Translations under genes and position numbers: made by a program | DNA from: Chitinophagaceae bacterium | Lineage (GTDB): Bacteria; Bacteroidota; Bacteroidia; Chitinophagales; UBA10324 | DNA: 64,000 nucleotides | Direction: 5' to 3' | Assembly: GCA_947474435.1 (NCBI GenBank) | Contig: CANJII010000017.1 | Span: 2,580 to 66,579, forward strand | The notes under the pieces: model-generated | The model's input: the letters and a program-made list of their open reading frames with translations, nothing else | Database searches by the model: none | What the model was told of the DNA's origin: nothing | Part shown: positions 1 to 9,919 of the stretch, piece after piece | Position numbering within the stretch: the stretch's first letter is position 1 | Layout: each line of letters begins with the position of its first letter

Positions 1-311
1 AGAGAAAGCATATATAGCAAGGAGAGAAGTCTGTTTGGCTCTGCCGTTGTTAGTCGCCTTACAGTGGCTTGGTATTTTTTTCTATCCACAGGCTTGGGTT
101 GATTCTATTTGTTAATCGATTAAAAAAGTGTTGCACCCTGACAGCTGACATAAAAAAATTTGATTCCTGTTGTTCTCGATTTATTCAAAAGACTTTTTTG
201 TTTTCATTTGACTTACTCATAAGACCTTATTTTTTTATTTTACTTTGTTATATGCTTCGTAGTTCATGATGTACTTCGTAGTTGCATTCGAGATCCAATA
301 AGAAATAGGAT

Positions 312-638
312 TTATTCAAATGACTTTTTTGTTTCTTTTGACTTCATGAACTTACGTTTATAATCTGCTGTAAAAGCAAAATATATTTTTCCTTCCATGT
401 TAATGCTCCAAACCACCAACTTGGTATTGTATGCAACTGTTCTGTATGAGTTCATTATATTTTTTACAGAATAAAAAAGTGTAACACCAACGATTACAAA
501 ATTCACAACAACAAACAATGAACAGAACTCATACCCGATTCTCTTGATTGGCAATGAAGTGCCATTTAATAATTTTGATTCTTCCGACTCGGTGCCTTGT
601 GCTAACAAACCAAACCTGCAAATCTGAATAAAGAACAA
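312..638 (-). CDS. hypothetical small membrane protein (weak call)
   Basis: 108-codon ORF that starts on TTG (first in-frame ATG is about 60 codons in). One hydrophobic segment, FCSLFVVVNFVIVGVTLFYSV. No family recognised. Lies directly downstream of ribD on the same strand. Confidence 0.2.
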   Translation of the reverse strand: MFFIQICRFGLLAQGTESEESKLLNGTSLPIKRIGYEFCSLFVVVNFVIVGVTLFYSVKNIMNSYRTVAYNTKLVVWSINMEGKIYFAFTADYKRKFMKSKETKKSFE

Positions 639-671
639 GTCTTTTTTATCTCACATTGAGATTAGACCGAA

Positions 672-1715
672 TTAAGAAAAATTATTTATAATCTTCAACT
701 CATCCTCACCAACAAAAAGATTTTCAATATTAAAATTATCAATTGAAAGAACCGGTGCTTTAATTCCATAGACTAATTTTTTCGGAGCAGTAAAAATTCT
801 TGCTTCGTCCCATAAATTTTCGTCAATGAATTTTTGCAGTGTGGCGGTTCCACCTTCTATAATAATGGATTGAATATTTTTTGAATGCAAGTGGGAGAGT
901 AGTTGATTCAGAATAGAAGTTTTAAAATTTAATTTTACGAACGAAATATTATTCTGCTCTTCAGTTTTTATTGAATTAAAAATGATGGTTTGAATTTCAT
1001 GATTGAATAAATTCAAAATTTCGGGAAGCAAAAGTTTTGAATCAATAACAATTCTGATCGGGTTTTTCCCACTCCAAAATCGCACATTCAATTGCGGATT
1101 ATCAGTCAGCGCTGTTTCCGTTCCAACCAATACAGATTGCTCTTCACTTCGCCACTTATGAACCAGTTCTTGTGATTGCACTCCCGAAATCTGAAATCGC
1201 TCCTTCGTAACAGGGGCAATAAATCCATCTGGAGTTTGCGCCCACTTTAAAATTATGAATGGTCTTTTTTGTTCATGAAAAGTAAAAAACCGTTTGTTTA
1301 ATTTTCTACCTTCTTCAGATAAAATATCAGTAACTACTTCAATACCGGCCGCTCTTAATTTTTCAATTCCTTTTCCGGCAACCAATGGATTGGTATCGTA
1401 ATTGGAAATAAAAACTTTTCTTATTCCTCTCTGAATAATCAAATCAGCACAAGGCGGATTTTTTCCATAATGAGAACACGGTTCGAGGTTGACATATAAT
1501 TCTGACGAAGAAATTTTTTCAGGATAATTTTTTTCAGCATCATTTATCGCATTCACTTCAGCATGGGCTTTTCCGAATTCATGATGAAATCCTTCGCCAA
1601 TAATTTTTTTATCATGCACCAGCAATGCACCCACCATTGGATTGGGTGCAACCATTCCCAATCCTGATTTAGCCAGGTCGAAACAACGATGCATAAAATT
1701 TTCTGAAGAAATCAT
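672..1715 (-). CDS. ribD: bifunctional riboflavin biosynthesis protein RibD (pyrimidine deaminase / uracil reductase)
   Basis: CMP/dCMP-type zinc deaminase motifs HAEVNAI and PCSHYGKNPPCADLI, followed by a reductase half (ILKWAQTPDGFIA ... IEGG). Start trimmed to the ATG at 1715 (MISSENFMHRCFDLA). The track ORF extends to 1769. Confidence 0.9.
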   Translation of the reverse strand: MISSENFMHRCFDLAKSGLGMVAPNPMVGALLVHDKKIIGEGFHHEFGKAHAEVNAINDAEKNYPEKISSSELYVNLEPCSHYGKNPPCADLIIQRGIRKVFISNYDTNPLVAGKGIEKLRAAGIEVVTDILSEEGRKLNKRFFTFHEQKRPFIILKWAQTPDGFIAPVTKERFQISGVQSQELVHKWRSEEQSVLVGTETALTDNPQLNVRFWSGKNPIRIVIDSKLLLPEILNLFNHEIQTIIFNSIKTEEQNNISFVKLNFKTSILNQLLSHLHSKNIQSIIIEGGTATLQKFIDENLWDEARIFTAPKKLVYGIKAPVLSIDNFNIENLFVGEDELKIINNFS

Positions 1716-2049
1716 TTTTAAAAACACAAAGTTAAAATGAATGCGATGGCTGAAGCAATAAAATGCCATTGAAATTTTTTTTAAAAAATGTATCAGAAAA
1801 AATATTTACGGTAGAAATTAATTGTAAATCTTTTTTCAGTTTCGGGAGTATAAGTGCAACGAACGGTTTTTTTTAGATTCTGACTAAGCAATTTACCTGT
1901 TCAGCCTGTTTTATTTCTCGCTGATATATAGCTCTTCTACATTAGTGGAACTTAATTTAAACCATTCGTAAAACACACTACAATGTGTGGTCGCCGTGTT
2001 GAAATGAAAAGAGATTTTACAGAACAAGTTCATCTTAAATTTAAGTCTC

Positions 2050-5000
2050 ATGAATAGACTTTACAATGAAGGAATACTTGTTGGAATTAAAATTTTATTA
2101 TTCACAGGTTTTATTTTTATACTGAATTGTTTTCAAGCAGCAGGTCAATCAACAAATTGCACCAATTCAAATTTTGAACAAGGAGATTTTTCAAACTGGC
2201 AGGGAGGTACCGGAACTCCAAATGGAAATTCTGGAAACAATCCAGGCGGTTGTTGTCCCATTGTAATTAATAATCTTTTAAATTCAGGTGGGTTGCTTCC
2301 TCCTCGGCATGTAATAACAACTCCCATTACTGATCCGAATACTTTTAATAATTTAATAGAAGTTGCGCCAGGTGGAAATTTTTCAGCACGGTTAGGTGCT
2401 TTTCAAAATTCATTTTATGCACAGAATAATCCCGGACCATTTCCGGGTTCAAAATCAGAAATGCTCCGGTTTACTTTTACAGTAACACCTGCATCCGAGT
2501 TATTTGTTTACCAATATGCAGTGGTATTGGAAGATCCGAATTATAATGTAACGCAACACACCCACGGTGAAAAGCCTCGATTTGAAATTAGTGTGCTTGA
2601 TCAGGCCGGTAATTATGTACCAAACGCATTGTGCGGTCACTACCTTGTTGTAGCAGATTCAAACAACGCAGGATTTTTACCAGGAATAGTTACATCAGCG
2701 TCACAGGTTCATTATAAAAACTGGACCACTGTTGGAATAAATTTAACTGCCTATATGAATCAGGTTATCACCATTGAATTCCAGGTTGGTGATTGTGCAT
2801 TGGGCGGTCATTTCGGTTACGCATACATTGATGCTTATTGTGCACCATTGGAAGTACTCACACAGTATTGTGTCGGTCAAAATCAAGTGGTATTAACAGC
2901 TCCACCTGGATTTAATTATTTATGGATGCCCGGTGGATTCACCACTCAAACTATTACTGTAAATAATCCGCAGATCGGTGCAGTTTATACCTGTGATTTA
3001 ACTTCTGTCACTGGTTGTGTGGCTACAATTTCCGCCATTGTTCAGCCAACTTTAATACTTCCTGATTTTGGATACCAGGTTGATTGTAATTTGAATACAG
3101 TTTTGTTTTTTGATTCAACAATAGTTCAAAATGGTACTGCATCAAACTGGTCGTGGAATTTCGGAGATAATTCTCCAATAATGAATAGTGTAACAAATCC
3201 AGTTCATACATATCCCGGACCGGGAACCTATAATGTAACGCTAACAGTTACATCGGTTGCCGGATGTGCCGCTACAGTTACAATTCCTATTACAATTCCG
3301 TTGGTAAGTGTTGATGCACCATCAAGTACAATTTGTGCAACAACTTTTGTTACGATTAATGCAAGCGGAGCAAGTACTTATTCATGGAGCCCGTCAACAG
3401 GTTTAAATGTTACTACTGGTTCATCAGTGCAAGCCTCACCAACAGTTAGTACCACCTATACCGTAACAGGTTATAATGTAAATGGATGTTCAGGTACAAC
3501 CACCGCATTTGTTCATATAGCACCAAACCTTGTTGTAAATGTTTCAGCAATTAATGATAGCGTTTGCTTTGGTCATTCAACTATTTTGAATGCTATTGGC
3601 GGAACAAATTATACTTGGAGTCCTTCCACTTATTTGAATGCAACAACAGGCACTTCAGTAACATCTTCACCTCTTGCAAATATTACATACACTGTTTCAG
3701 TAACTGATGCGAGCGGTTGCAGCGGGCAGGCGAGCATTCCTATAGTATCGCTCCTCAATCCTGTAATTGTTTTAAACAACACTTCAGTTTGTTTGGGACA
3801 AACTGCTACACTTAATGCAACCGGAGCACAGACTTATCAATGGTCTAATGGTTCAACCGGCAGTTCAATTTCTGTGAGCCCGGTTATCAATACAAATTAT
3901 ACTGTTATAGGTTCTGTTGGCTTTTGTACTGATACGACAAGTGCACTTGTAACAATAAATCCATTACCAATTGTTAATGCAGTACCCAATGGAAATATTT
4001 GTTTAGGTGGAAGTATTCAACTGAATGCAATCGGGGCAGCAACCTATATCTGGGCTCCATCAACAGGATTAAATTTTTCAACCGGAGCAACTGTGACATC
4101 AACACCAGTAACTTCAACAACTTATACTGTAACAGGCACTGATTTGAATGGGTGCAGTGCGTTGGCTCCTGTTACAATAATTGTAAATAATCCACCTGTA
4201 ATTTCAGTAGTTGCCACTGATTACATTTTATGTATTGGTTCAAACGCAACCATAACAGCAAGTGGCGCCTCAACCTATTCCTGGAGTCCCTCAACCGGAT
4301 TATCTGCTACATCCGGAAGTTCTGTATTAGCTAATCCAACCTTAACAACTATATATACTATTGTTGGTGTAAATGCTACAGGTTGTGCTGATACAACAAC
4401 CATAAATATAGTAGTATCTCCCGGACCTCCGATTACATTAACAAGTACCAATCCTGTTATTTGTGTCGGGAACAGTACCACTTTAACAGCAACAGGGGCA
4501 AGTACTTATTCATGGAGTCCTTCTCAAAATCTGAATACTTCAACTGGTTCAGTAGTTATTGCATCACCAACAGTTACCACTACTTATCAGGTGGCGGCAT
4601 TAGATGCTTTTGGCTGTGCGGCAAATGCTGTTTCGATTGTAACTGTTAATCCATTGCCTATAATTAATTCATCATCATCCGGTACTATTTGCTCAAGCGG
4701 TACCGTTCAATTAAATGCTGTAGGCGCAGCTGCTTATCAGTGGAGTCCTTCAATCGGTTTATCATCCACAAACGGTAATTCTGTTAACGCCACAATTTCA
4801 ATTACAACAACCTATACCGTTTCTGGATTTGATGTAAATGGTTGCAGTGCCGGTTCATCTGTAGTTGTAAGTGTGTTTCCCAACCCCATAATTTCAGCTA
4901 CAGCATCTTCTTCTATTTTATGTACTTCGTCAAGCGCAATGCTTACTGCAATTGGCGCCCTTAACTATACATGGAGTCCATCAAATGGTTTATCTAATAC

Positions 5001-8000
5001 AACAGGAAGTGTTGTGCAAACAACTCCGAATAATTCAGTAACCTACACTGTAATTGGAATTGATATAAATGGTTGTGCTGATACGACTTCATTGAATATT
5101 ATTGTTTCGCCTGCACCACCAATAACCATTGCAAGTACAAATCCTGTTATTTGTAATGGAGAGAATACAACACTTTCTGCAACGGGAGCAAACACATTTT
5201 CATGGAGCCCGGCAACAGGATTAAGTACTACATCCGGTTCATCTGTAACTGCTTCTCCAACTGTTACGACCACCTATTCTGTTGTTGCAATTGATACTAC
5301 GGGTTGTGTGGCCAATGCTGTTTCAACTGTTGTTGTACATCCAATTCCAATTATAGGTGTAACACCAATCAGTCCCACATTGTGTTTTGGCGAAGCAACA
5401 TCACTTACAGCAAACGGTGCATCAACTTATACCTGGTCACCATCAACCGGATTGAGTGTAACTGTTGGAACATATGTTACAGCTTATCCTTCTGTAACAA
5501 CAACTTATACTGTTATAGGAAGTACTGTATTCGGGTGTACTGCGATGAATTCGGTGATTGTAAATGTTTCTCCAAATCCTGTTTTAAGTGTGCTTGCAAA
5601 TAATCCGATAATTTGTTTTGGACAAAGTGCCATTTTAACTGCATCGGGAGCACAGTCCTACATCTGGTCACCGGCAAATACTTTAAGCAGTTCAACCGGA
5701 AGCAGTGTTAACGCAACACCAAATTCAACAACCATTTATACTGTTATCGGAACAGATGCAAATGGATGTTCGTCGGCATCTAACACGCCTTTGATTGTTA
5801 ATCCAAATCCAACAGTAAATGCACTTTCGAATACTTCATTTGTTTGTTTAGGCTCGAGTGCAACACTTGGAGCTACAGGAGCAAATTTTTATTCATGGAG
5901 TCCTTCAACAGGATTATCAAGTACAACAGGAAACAGTATTCAGGCAACACCTAATACCGCTATTACTTACACTGTTACCGGAACAAATTTGTATGGATGC
6001 ACAGATACTGCAATGAAAAGTGTGTATGTGAATCCATTGCCGGTGGCAAACATTACCAGTACTAATCCGGTTTTGTGTATTGGAGGAAGTACCACACTTA
6101 GCGCAACTGGAGCGAACACTTATTCATGGTCGCCAACAACATTTTTAAATACAGCAACAGGAGCAAGTGTAATTGCAACTCCTGATTCTACTATTACATA
6201 CACAGTTTCAGCAACAGATTCAAACGGGTGTATTGGAATTAATACTTCTTTGATAACTATTAATCCGCTTCCGCTGATTACTACATCCGGAGCAGATTCT
6301 TTTTGTATTAATCAATCAATTATTATTTCAGCTGGCGGAGCAACAATTTACAACTGGAGTCCATCCACCGGATTGAGTGCAACAACAGGAAGTATAATAA
6401 CAGCCTCACCAATAATTTCAACTACTTATACGGTTTCCGGAACCGATGTGAATGGATGTTCGGCATTAAACAACATTCCGGTTGCAGTAAATCAATTACC
6501 AATTGTAATTGCATCAACAGCCACACCCACATTGTGTTTAAATACAAGTGCGGTATTAAATGCAAGTGGTGCATTAACTTATAACTGGAGTCCTGCAATA
6601 AGTTTATCCGCAGCAACCGGCAGTACAGTAACAGCCACACCAATTTCTTCAACCACCTATTCTGTTACCGGAACAGATTTGAACGGATGTACTGCCACCT
6701 CTGGGCAAAGTGTTTTAGTAAATACACTTCCAACTATTGCTGGTTCAGATACCTCCATCTGTTTTGGTTTATCGACACCATTGACAGCAACAGGTGCGAG
6801 TACTTATGCATGGAGTCCGGCAACAAATTTAAGTTCAACTAATGGCGCAACAGTAATAGCTAATCCTACATCAACAATCACTTACACCATAACCGGAACT
6901 GATATAAATGGATGCACCGGAATTTCAACATCGGTTGTAACCATAAATCCATTGCCAATAATAAATGTGACTGCAGTTGATTCAACATTCTGTATTGGAC
7001 AATCAACCACATTGAATTCAAGCGGAGCAACAATTTACAACTGGAGTCCATCAACTGGATTGAGTACAACAACAGGAAGTATTGTTGCAGCAAATCCTCT
7101 TTCTAACATTACTTATACTGTTACCGGATTCAGTTCATTCGGATGTTTTTCTACCAATGAGATACCTGTTGTAATTTATCCATTACCGGTTTTAACTATT
7201 ACACCAAACGCACCATCAATTTGCCCAGGAGATTTTGCAATCCTCATAGCTGCAGGAGCAACAAATTATCATTGGTCAACAAATGCGTTAGGAAATACCA
7301 TTGCTGTAAATCCAATTGTTAATACATCTTATTCCGTAACAGGAACAGACATAAACGGCTGCACTGCTAGTGATACAACAATGGTTTTAATAAATCCCGT
7401 TCCGGTTGTTTCTGCAGTTGCACAACAACAAATGTTTTGTATCGGTCAATCAACTACAATAACTGCAAGTGGAGCTTTAACATATACATGGACCCCATCA
7501 ACCGGTTTAAGTGCAACCATTGGAACTGTTGTAACTGCGAATCCTCAAACATCTATTACCTATACCATCATTGGAACAAACGCAACCGGTTGTAAGGACA
7601 CCACTACTGTTTCGTTAATTATAAATTCGCTGCCAACGGCTGCAGCCGGACCTGATGAAAATATTTGTGAAGGAAGTTCAGTGCAATTAAACGCAAGTGG
7701 AGGTGCAATTTATCAATGGAGTCCAGCCACCGGATTAAGTAATTCGGCTATTTCAAATCCTGTTGCATCACCAACTTCAACAATTTCATATGTGGTGTTG
7801 GTTGGAAATCAATTTGGATGCAATGCAAGTGATACAATACAAGTTTTAGTTCACCCATATCCGAATGTTGATGCAGGACCTTCACACATTGTTTGTTATC
7901 CGAATGCAACACAATTACAAGGCACCGGTGCAGTAACCTATAACTGGGTTCCTATACTTTATCTTAACAATACACAAATACCAAATCCTGCTTGTGTGCC

Positions 8001-8829
8001 GCTATCCAATATTACTTATACTTTAACCGGTACCGATAATTTTGGTTGTATGGCTACTGATACTGTGTCGGTAAAACTGATGATGCCATTTACAATACTT
8101 GCATCACCTGATGCCATGATTTGTAACAGTGAAATGATGCAATTGAATGCAACCGGTGGAAACAATTATCAATGGTCTCCACCAACCGGATTGGATAATA
8201 CAGGTATTGCCAATCCAACGGCTTCACCTGTTATAACAACAACCTACATTGTAACTTCAACTGATGGTGTTTGTTTTACCTCCACGGATTCAGTTATTAT
8301 AACTGTAAATCAGATTCCAGAAATTTTTGCAGGAGCTGATGCTGAAATGCTTTATGGTCAAACCTATCAGCTGAATGCATATACAAATGGTGGAAATATT
8401 TTGTGGGAGCCTTCTACATTTTTAGATTGCAATACCTGTGAGGATCCGATTGCATCTCATGTAAATATTCCGATAACTTATAAATTAACCGTTACCGATT
8501 CGTTTGGATGCAAGGCTGAAGATTATGTAAAAATTAATCTGGCCTGTGCTGAAGATGTATTGTACATTCCAAATACTTTCACGCCGAATGGCGATGGCAA
8601 GAATGATGTTTTCAGAATCAGAACTTTTGGATTGAGTTATGTATCGGCCTTCAGAGTATTTAACCGTTGGGGCGAAATGGTATTTGAAACACATGATGTA
8701 AGCGAAGGATGGGATGGAACCTGGCAGGGAAAACTTTGCCATCCTGCTGTATATGTTTGGTACATACAAGGCACTTGCGCCAATGGCGTAGAGTTATTAA
8801 AGAAAGGAAATGTTACCTTGATTCGATAA
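2050..8829 (+). CDS. giant cell-surface repeat protein (adhesin-like) with a T9SS type-B (gliding-motility-associated) C-terminal domain
   Basis: 2259 aa. Contains an N-terminal signal/anchor and a ~270-aa N-terminal domain ending GDCALGGHFGYAYIDAYC. One PKD-like domain (WSWNFGDNSP...HTYPGPGTYNVTLTV) is followed by ~23 tandem ~77-aa repeats. The C-terminus has YIPNTFTPNGDGKNDVFRIR...GWDGTWQGK...VYVWYIQG, typical of CHU_C/TIGR04131-type sorting domains. Confidence 0.9.
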   Translation: MNRLYNEGILVGIKILLFTGFIFILNCFQAAGQSTNCTNSNFEQGDFSNWQGGTGTPNGNSGNNPGGCCPIVINNLLNSGGLLPPRHVITTPITDPNTFNNLIEVAPGGNFSARLGAFQNSFYAQNNPGPFPGSKSEMLRFTFTVTPASELFVYQYAVVLEDPNYNVTQHTHGEKPRFEISVLDQAGNYVPNALCGHYLVVADSNNAGFLPGIVTSASQVHYKNWTTVGINLTAYMNQVITIEFQVGDCALGGHFGYAYIDAYCAPLEVLTQYCVGQNQVVLTAPPGFNYLWMPGGFTTQTITVNNPQIGAVYTCDLTSVTGCVATISAIVQPTLILPDFGYQVDCNLNTVLFFDSTIVQNGTASNWSWNFGDNSPIMNSVTNPVHTYPGPGTYNVTLTVTSVAGCAATVTIPITIPLVSVDAPSSTICATTFVTINASGASTYSWSPSTGLNVTTGSSVQASPTVSTTYTVTGYNVNGCSGTTTAFVHIAPNLVVNVSAINDSVCFGHSTILNAIGGTNYTWSPSTYLNATTGTSVTSSPLANITYTVSVTDASGCSGQASIPIVSLLNPVIVLNNTSVCLGQTATLNATGAQTYQWSNGSTGSSISVSPVINTNYTVIGSVGFCTDTTSALVTINPLPIVNAVPNGNICLGGSIQLNAIGAATYIWAPSTGLNFSTGATVTSTPVTSTTYTVTGTDLNGCSALAPVTIIVNNPPVISVVATDYILCIGSNATITASGASTYSWSPSTGLSATSGSSVLANPTLTTIYTIVGVNATGCADTTTINIVVSPGPPITLTSTNPVICVGNSTTLTATGASTYSWSPSQNLNTSTGSVVIASPTVTTTYQVAALDAFGCAANAVSIVTVNPLPIINSSSSGTICSSGTVQLNAVGAAAYQWSPSIGLSSTNGNSVNATISITTTYTVSGFDVNGCSAGSSVVVSVFPNPIISATASSSILCTSSSAMLTAIGALNYTWSPSNGLSNTTGSVVQTTPNNSVTYTVIGIDINGCADTTSLNIIVSPAPPITIASTNPVICNGENTTLSATGANTFSWSPATGLSTTSGSSVTASPTVTTTYSVVAIDTTGCVANAVSTVVVHPIPIIGVTPISPTLCFGEATSLTANGASTYTWSPSTGLSVTVGTYVTAYPSVTTTYTVIGSTVFGCTAMNSVIVNVSPNPVLSVLANNPIICFGQSAILTASGAQSYIWSPANTLSSSTGSSVNATPNSTTIYTVIGTDANGCSSASNTPLIVNPNPTVNALSNTSFVCLGSSATLGATGANFYSWSPSTGLSSTTGNSIQATPNTAITYTVTGTNLYGCTDTAMKSVYVNPLPVANITSTNPVLCIGGSTTLSATGANTYSWSPTTFLNTATGASVIATPDSTITYTVSATDSNGCIGINTSLITINPLPLITTSGADSFCINQSIIISAGGATIYNWSPSTGLSATTGSIITASPIISTTYTVSGTDVNGCSALNNIPVAVNQLPIVIASTATPTLCLNTSAVLNASGALTYNWSPAISLSAATGSTVTATPISSTTYSVTGTDLNGCTATSGQSVLVNTLPTIAGSDTSICFGLSTPLTATGASTYAWSPATNLSSTNGATVIANPTSTITYTITGTDINGCTGISTSVVTINPLPIINVTAVDSTFCIGQSTTLNSSGATIYNWSPSTGLSTTTGSIVAANPLSNITYTVTGFSSFGCFSTNEIPVVIYPLPVLTITPNAPSICPGDFAILIAAGATNYHWSTNALGNTIAVNPIVNTSYSVTGTDINGCTASDTTMVLINPVPVVSAVAQQQMFCIGQSTTITASGALTYTWTPSTGLSATIGTVVTANPQTSITYTIIGTNATGCKDTTTVSLIINSLPTAAAGPDENICEGSSVQLNASGGAIYQWSPATGLSNSAISNPVASPTSTISYVVLVGNQFGCNASDTIQVLVHPYPNVDAGPSHIVCYPNATQLQGTGAVTYNWVPILYLNNTQIPNPACVPLSNITYTLTGTDNFGCMATDTVSVKLMMPFTILASPDAMICNSEMMQLNATGGNNYQWSPPTGLDNTGIANPTASPVITTTYIVTSTDGVCFTSTDSVIITVNQIPEIFAGADAEMLYGQTYQLNAYTNGGNILWEPSTFLDCNTCEDPIASHVNIPITYKLTVTDSFGCKAEDYVKINLACAEDVLYIPNTFTPNGDGKNDVFRIRTFGLSYVSAFRVFNRWGEMVFETHDVSEGWDGTWQGKLCHPAVYVWYIQGTCANGVELLKKGNVTLIR
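3311..8540 (+). repeat. about 23 tandem coding repeats (~231 bp / ~77 aa) inside the giant surface protein
   Basis: Recurring pattern ...IC.G.S..L.A.GA..Y.WSPS.GL....G..V.A.P...T.YTV.G.D.NGC.......I.VNPLP... I counted 23 Y-x-W-S/T/A/E/V-P type cores. The last four copies are divergent (NPxASP variants). Confidence 0.85.
8542..8826 (+). other. T9SS type-B C-terminal sorting domain
   Basis: ACAEDVLYIPNTFTPNGDGKNDVFRIRTFGLSYVSAFRVFNRWGEMVFETHDVSEGWDGTWQGKLCHPAVYVWYIQGTCANG...VTLIR. Confidence 0.8.
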
Positions 8830-8916
8830 ATAAAGATTTATCAATGTTTAGTAACTTCCGATATTCATGACTTTTTTATTGGTAAACAATTACAGCGAAT
8901 AACAGAGTTGTTGAAA

Positions 8917-9804
8917 TCAATTTACCGAAGTCAGCGAAAATTTTTCTTTAATCGTTTCAGCAACATTTTCCATCAGCCACAATGGGGTAGAAGTGGCTCC
9001 ACAAATTCCAACCGATTCGCAATTTAAAAACCAATCGGTATTCAATTCATCTGATGACGAAATGAAAAAGGTGTTGGCATTTGCTTCTTTACACACCTGA
9101 AATAAAACTTTTCCATTCGAGCTTTTCTTACCACCAACAAATATGATCACATCATGCTTTGATGAAAATATTTTTAACTGCGGTTCACGATTACTTACCT
9201 GCCTGCAAATAGTATCGTTAGCCGATACATTTTGATTGCCATTTAATGCCGCACGCTCTTCAATCTGTTGTTTTATTTTATAAAATTTATCGGTGCTTTT
9301 TGTTGTTTGTGAAAATAATATAATTGGTTTTGTATAATCTATTTTATCCAGATCGGCTTCGGAGGTAATGATGATTGCATTCTTATCAGTTTGCCCCATC
9401 AATCCATTCACTTCAGCATGACCGGGGATTCCAAATATCACTATTTGTGATTTTGCTTCAGGCAATTTATCGTACGCGGTTTTTACTCTGTTCTGTAATT
9501 TCAATACAACAGGGCAACTTGCATCCAGCAAATTTATGTTGTTGTTTAAAGCAGTTAAATAAGTTTCAGGTGGTTCGCCATGCGCGCGAATTAAAACAGT
9601 ACAATCATGCAGATTTTGAAGGTCTTCGTGATTAATAATTTTTAATCCTTTATCGGTTAATCGTTTTACTTCAATGTCATTGTGTACTATATCACCAAGA
9701 CAGTAAAGTTGTTGGTTTTCTTCCAATTCATCTTCCGCCATTTGAATGGCATAAACCACTCCAAAACAAAACCCGCTGTTATCGTCAATTTTTACATTCA
9801 TCAT
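8917..9804 (-). CDS. ispH: 4-hydroxy-3-methylbut-2-enyl diphosphate reductase
   Basis: GFCFGVVYAI near the N-terminus, VHNDIEV, and three-Cys IspH/LytB architecture at ~295 aa. ATG start confirmed at 9804. Confidence 0.88.
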   Translation of the reverse strand: MMNVKIDDNSGFCFGVVYAIQMAEDELEENQQLYCLGDIVHNDIEVKRLTDKGLKIINHEDLQNLHDCTVLIRAHGEPPETYLTALNNNINLLDASCPVVLKLQNRVKTAYDKLPEAKSQIVIFGIPGHAEVNGLMGQTDKNAIIITSEADLDKIDYTKPIILFSQTTKSTDKFYKIKQQIEERAALNGNQNVSANDTICRQVSNREPQLKIFSSKHDVIIFVGGKKSSNGKVLFQVCKEANANTFFISSSDELNTDWFLNCESVGICGATSTPLWLMENVAETIKEKFSLTSVN

Positions 9805-9919
9805 TTTGCTTTAATCACTTTTTTCCAATTCATTTCCCCTCTGATATCATCAAGCATTGGCATTAAAATTCTCCACTCTTATTTTTAAAAACAATCTGAA
9901 TTTCATTATTCATTATTCA

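Noticed and set aside
69-269. 66-aa track ORF at the window start, and a possible C-terminal fragment of a gene in frame 1 (1-99).
   Set aside because: The track ORF has a TTG start, low complexity and no motifs. The 33-codon edge fragment cannot be assigned to anything.
1716-2049. Expected an FMN (RFN) riboswitch upstream of ribD.
   Set aside because: I read both strands and found none of the conserved RFN blocks (GGGGCAGGGTGAAATTCCC, CCGACGGT, AGTCCGGATG type).
3311-8540. Regular periodicity that might suggest a CRISPR or satellite array.
   Set aside because: The period is ~231 bp and the units are diverged. There is no alternating short repeat/spacer pattern, and the whole array sits in one long open reading frame with conserved protein motifs.
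2145-8769. Numerous 60-99-aa ORFs in other frames and on the opposite strand inside the giant repeat gene (for example 4275-4481, 5043-5273, 5304-5603, 6422-6652).
   Set aside because: They lie wholly inside a 2259-aa ORF with clear domain structure. Their sequences are repeat shadows (low complexity, Cys/Asn-rich or mirror-image motifs), and none has independent start or terminator signals.
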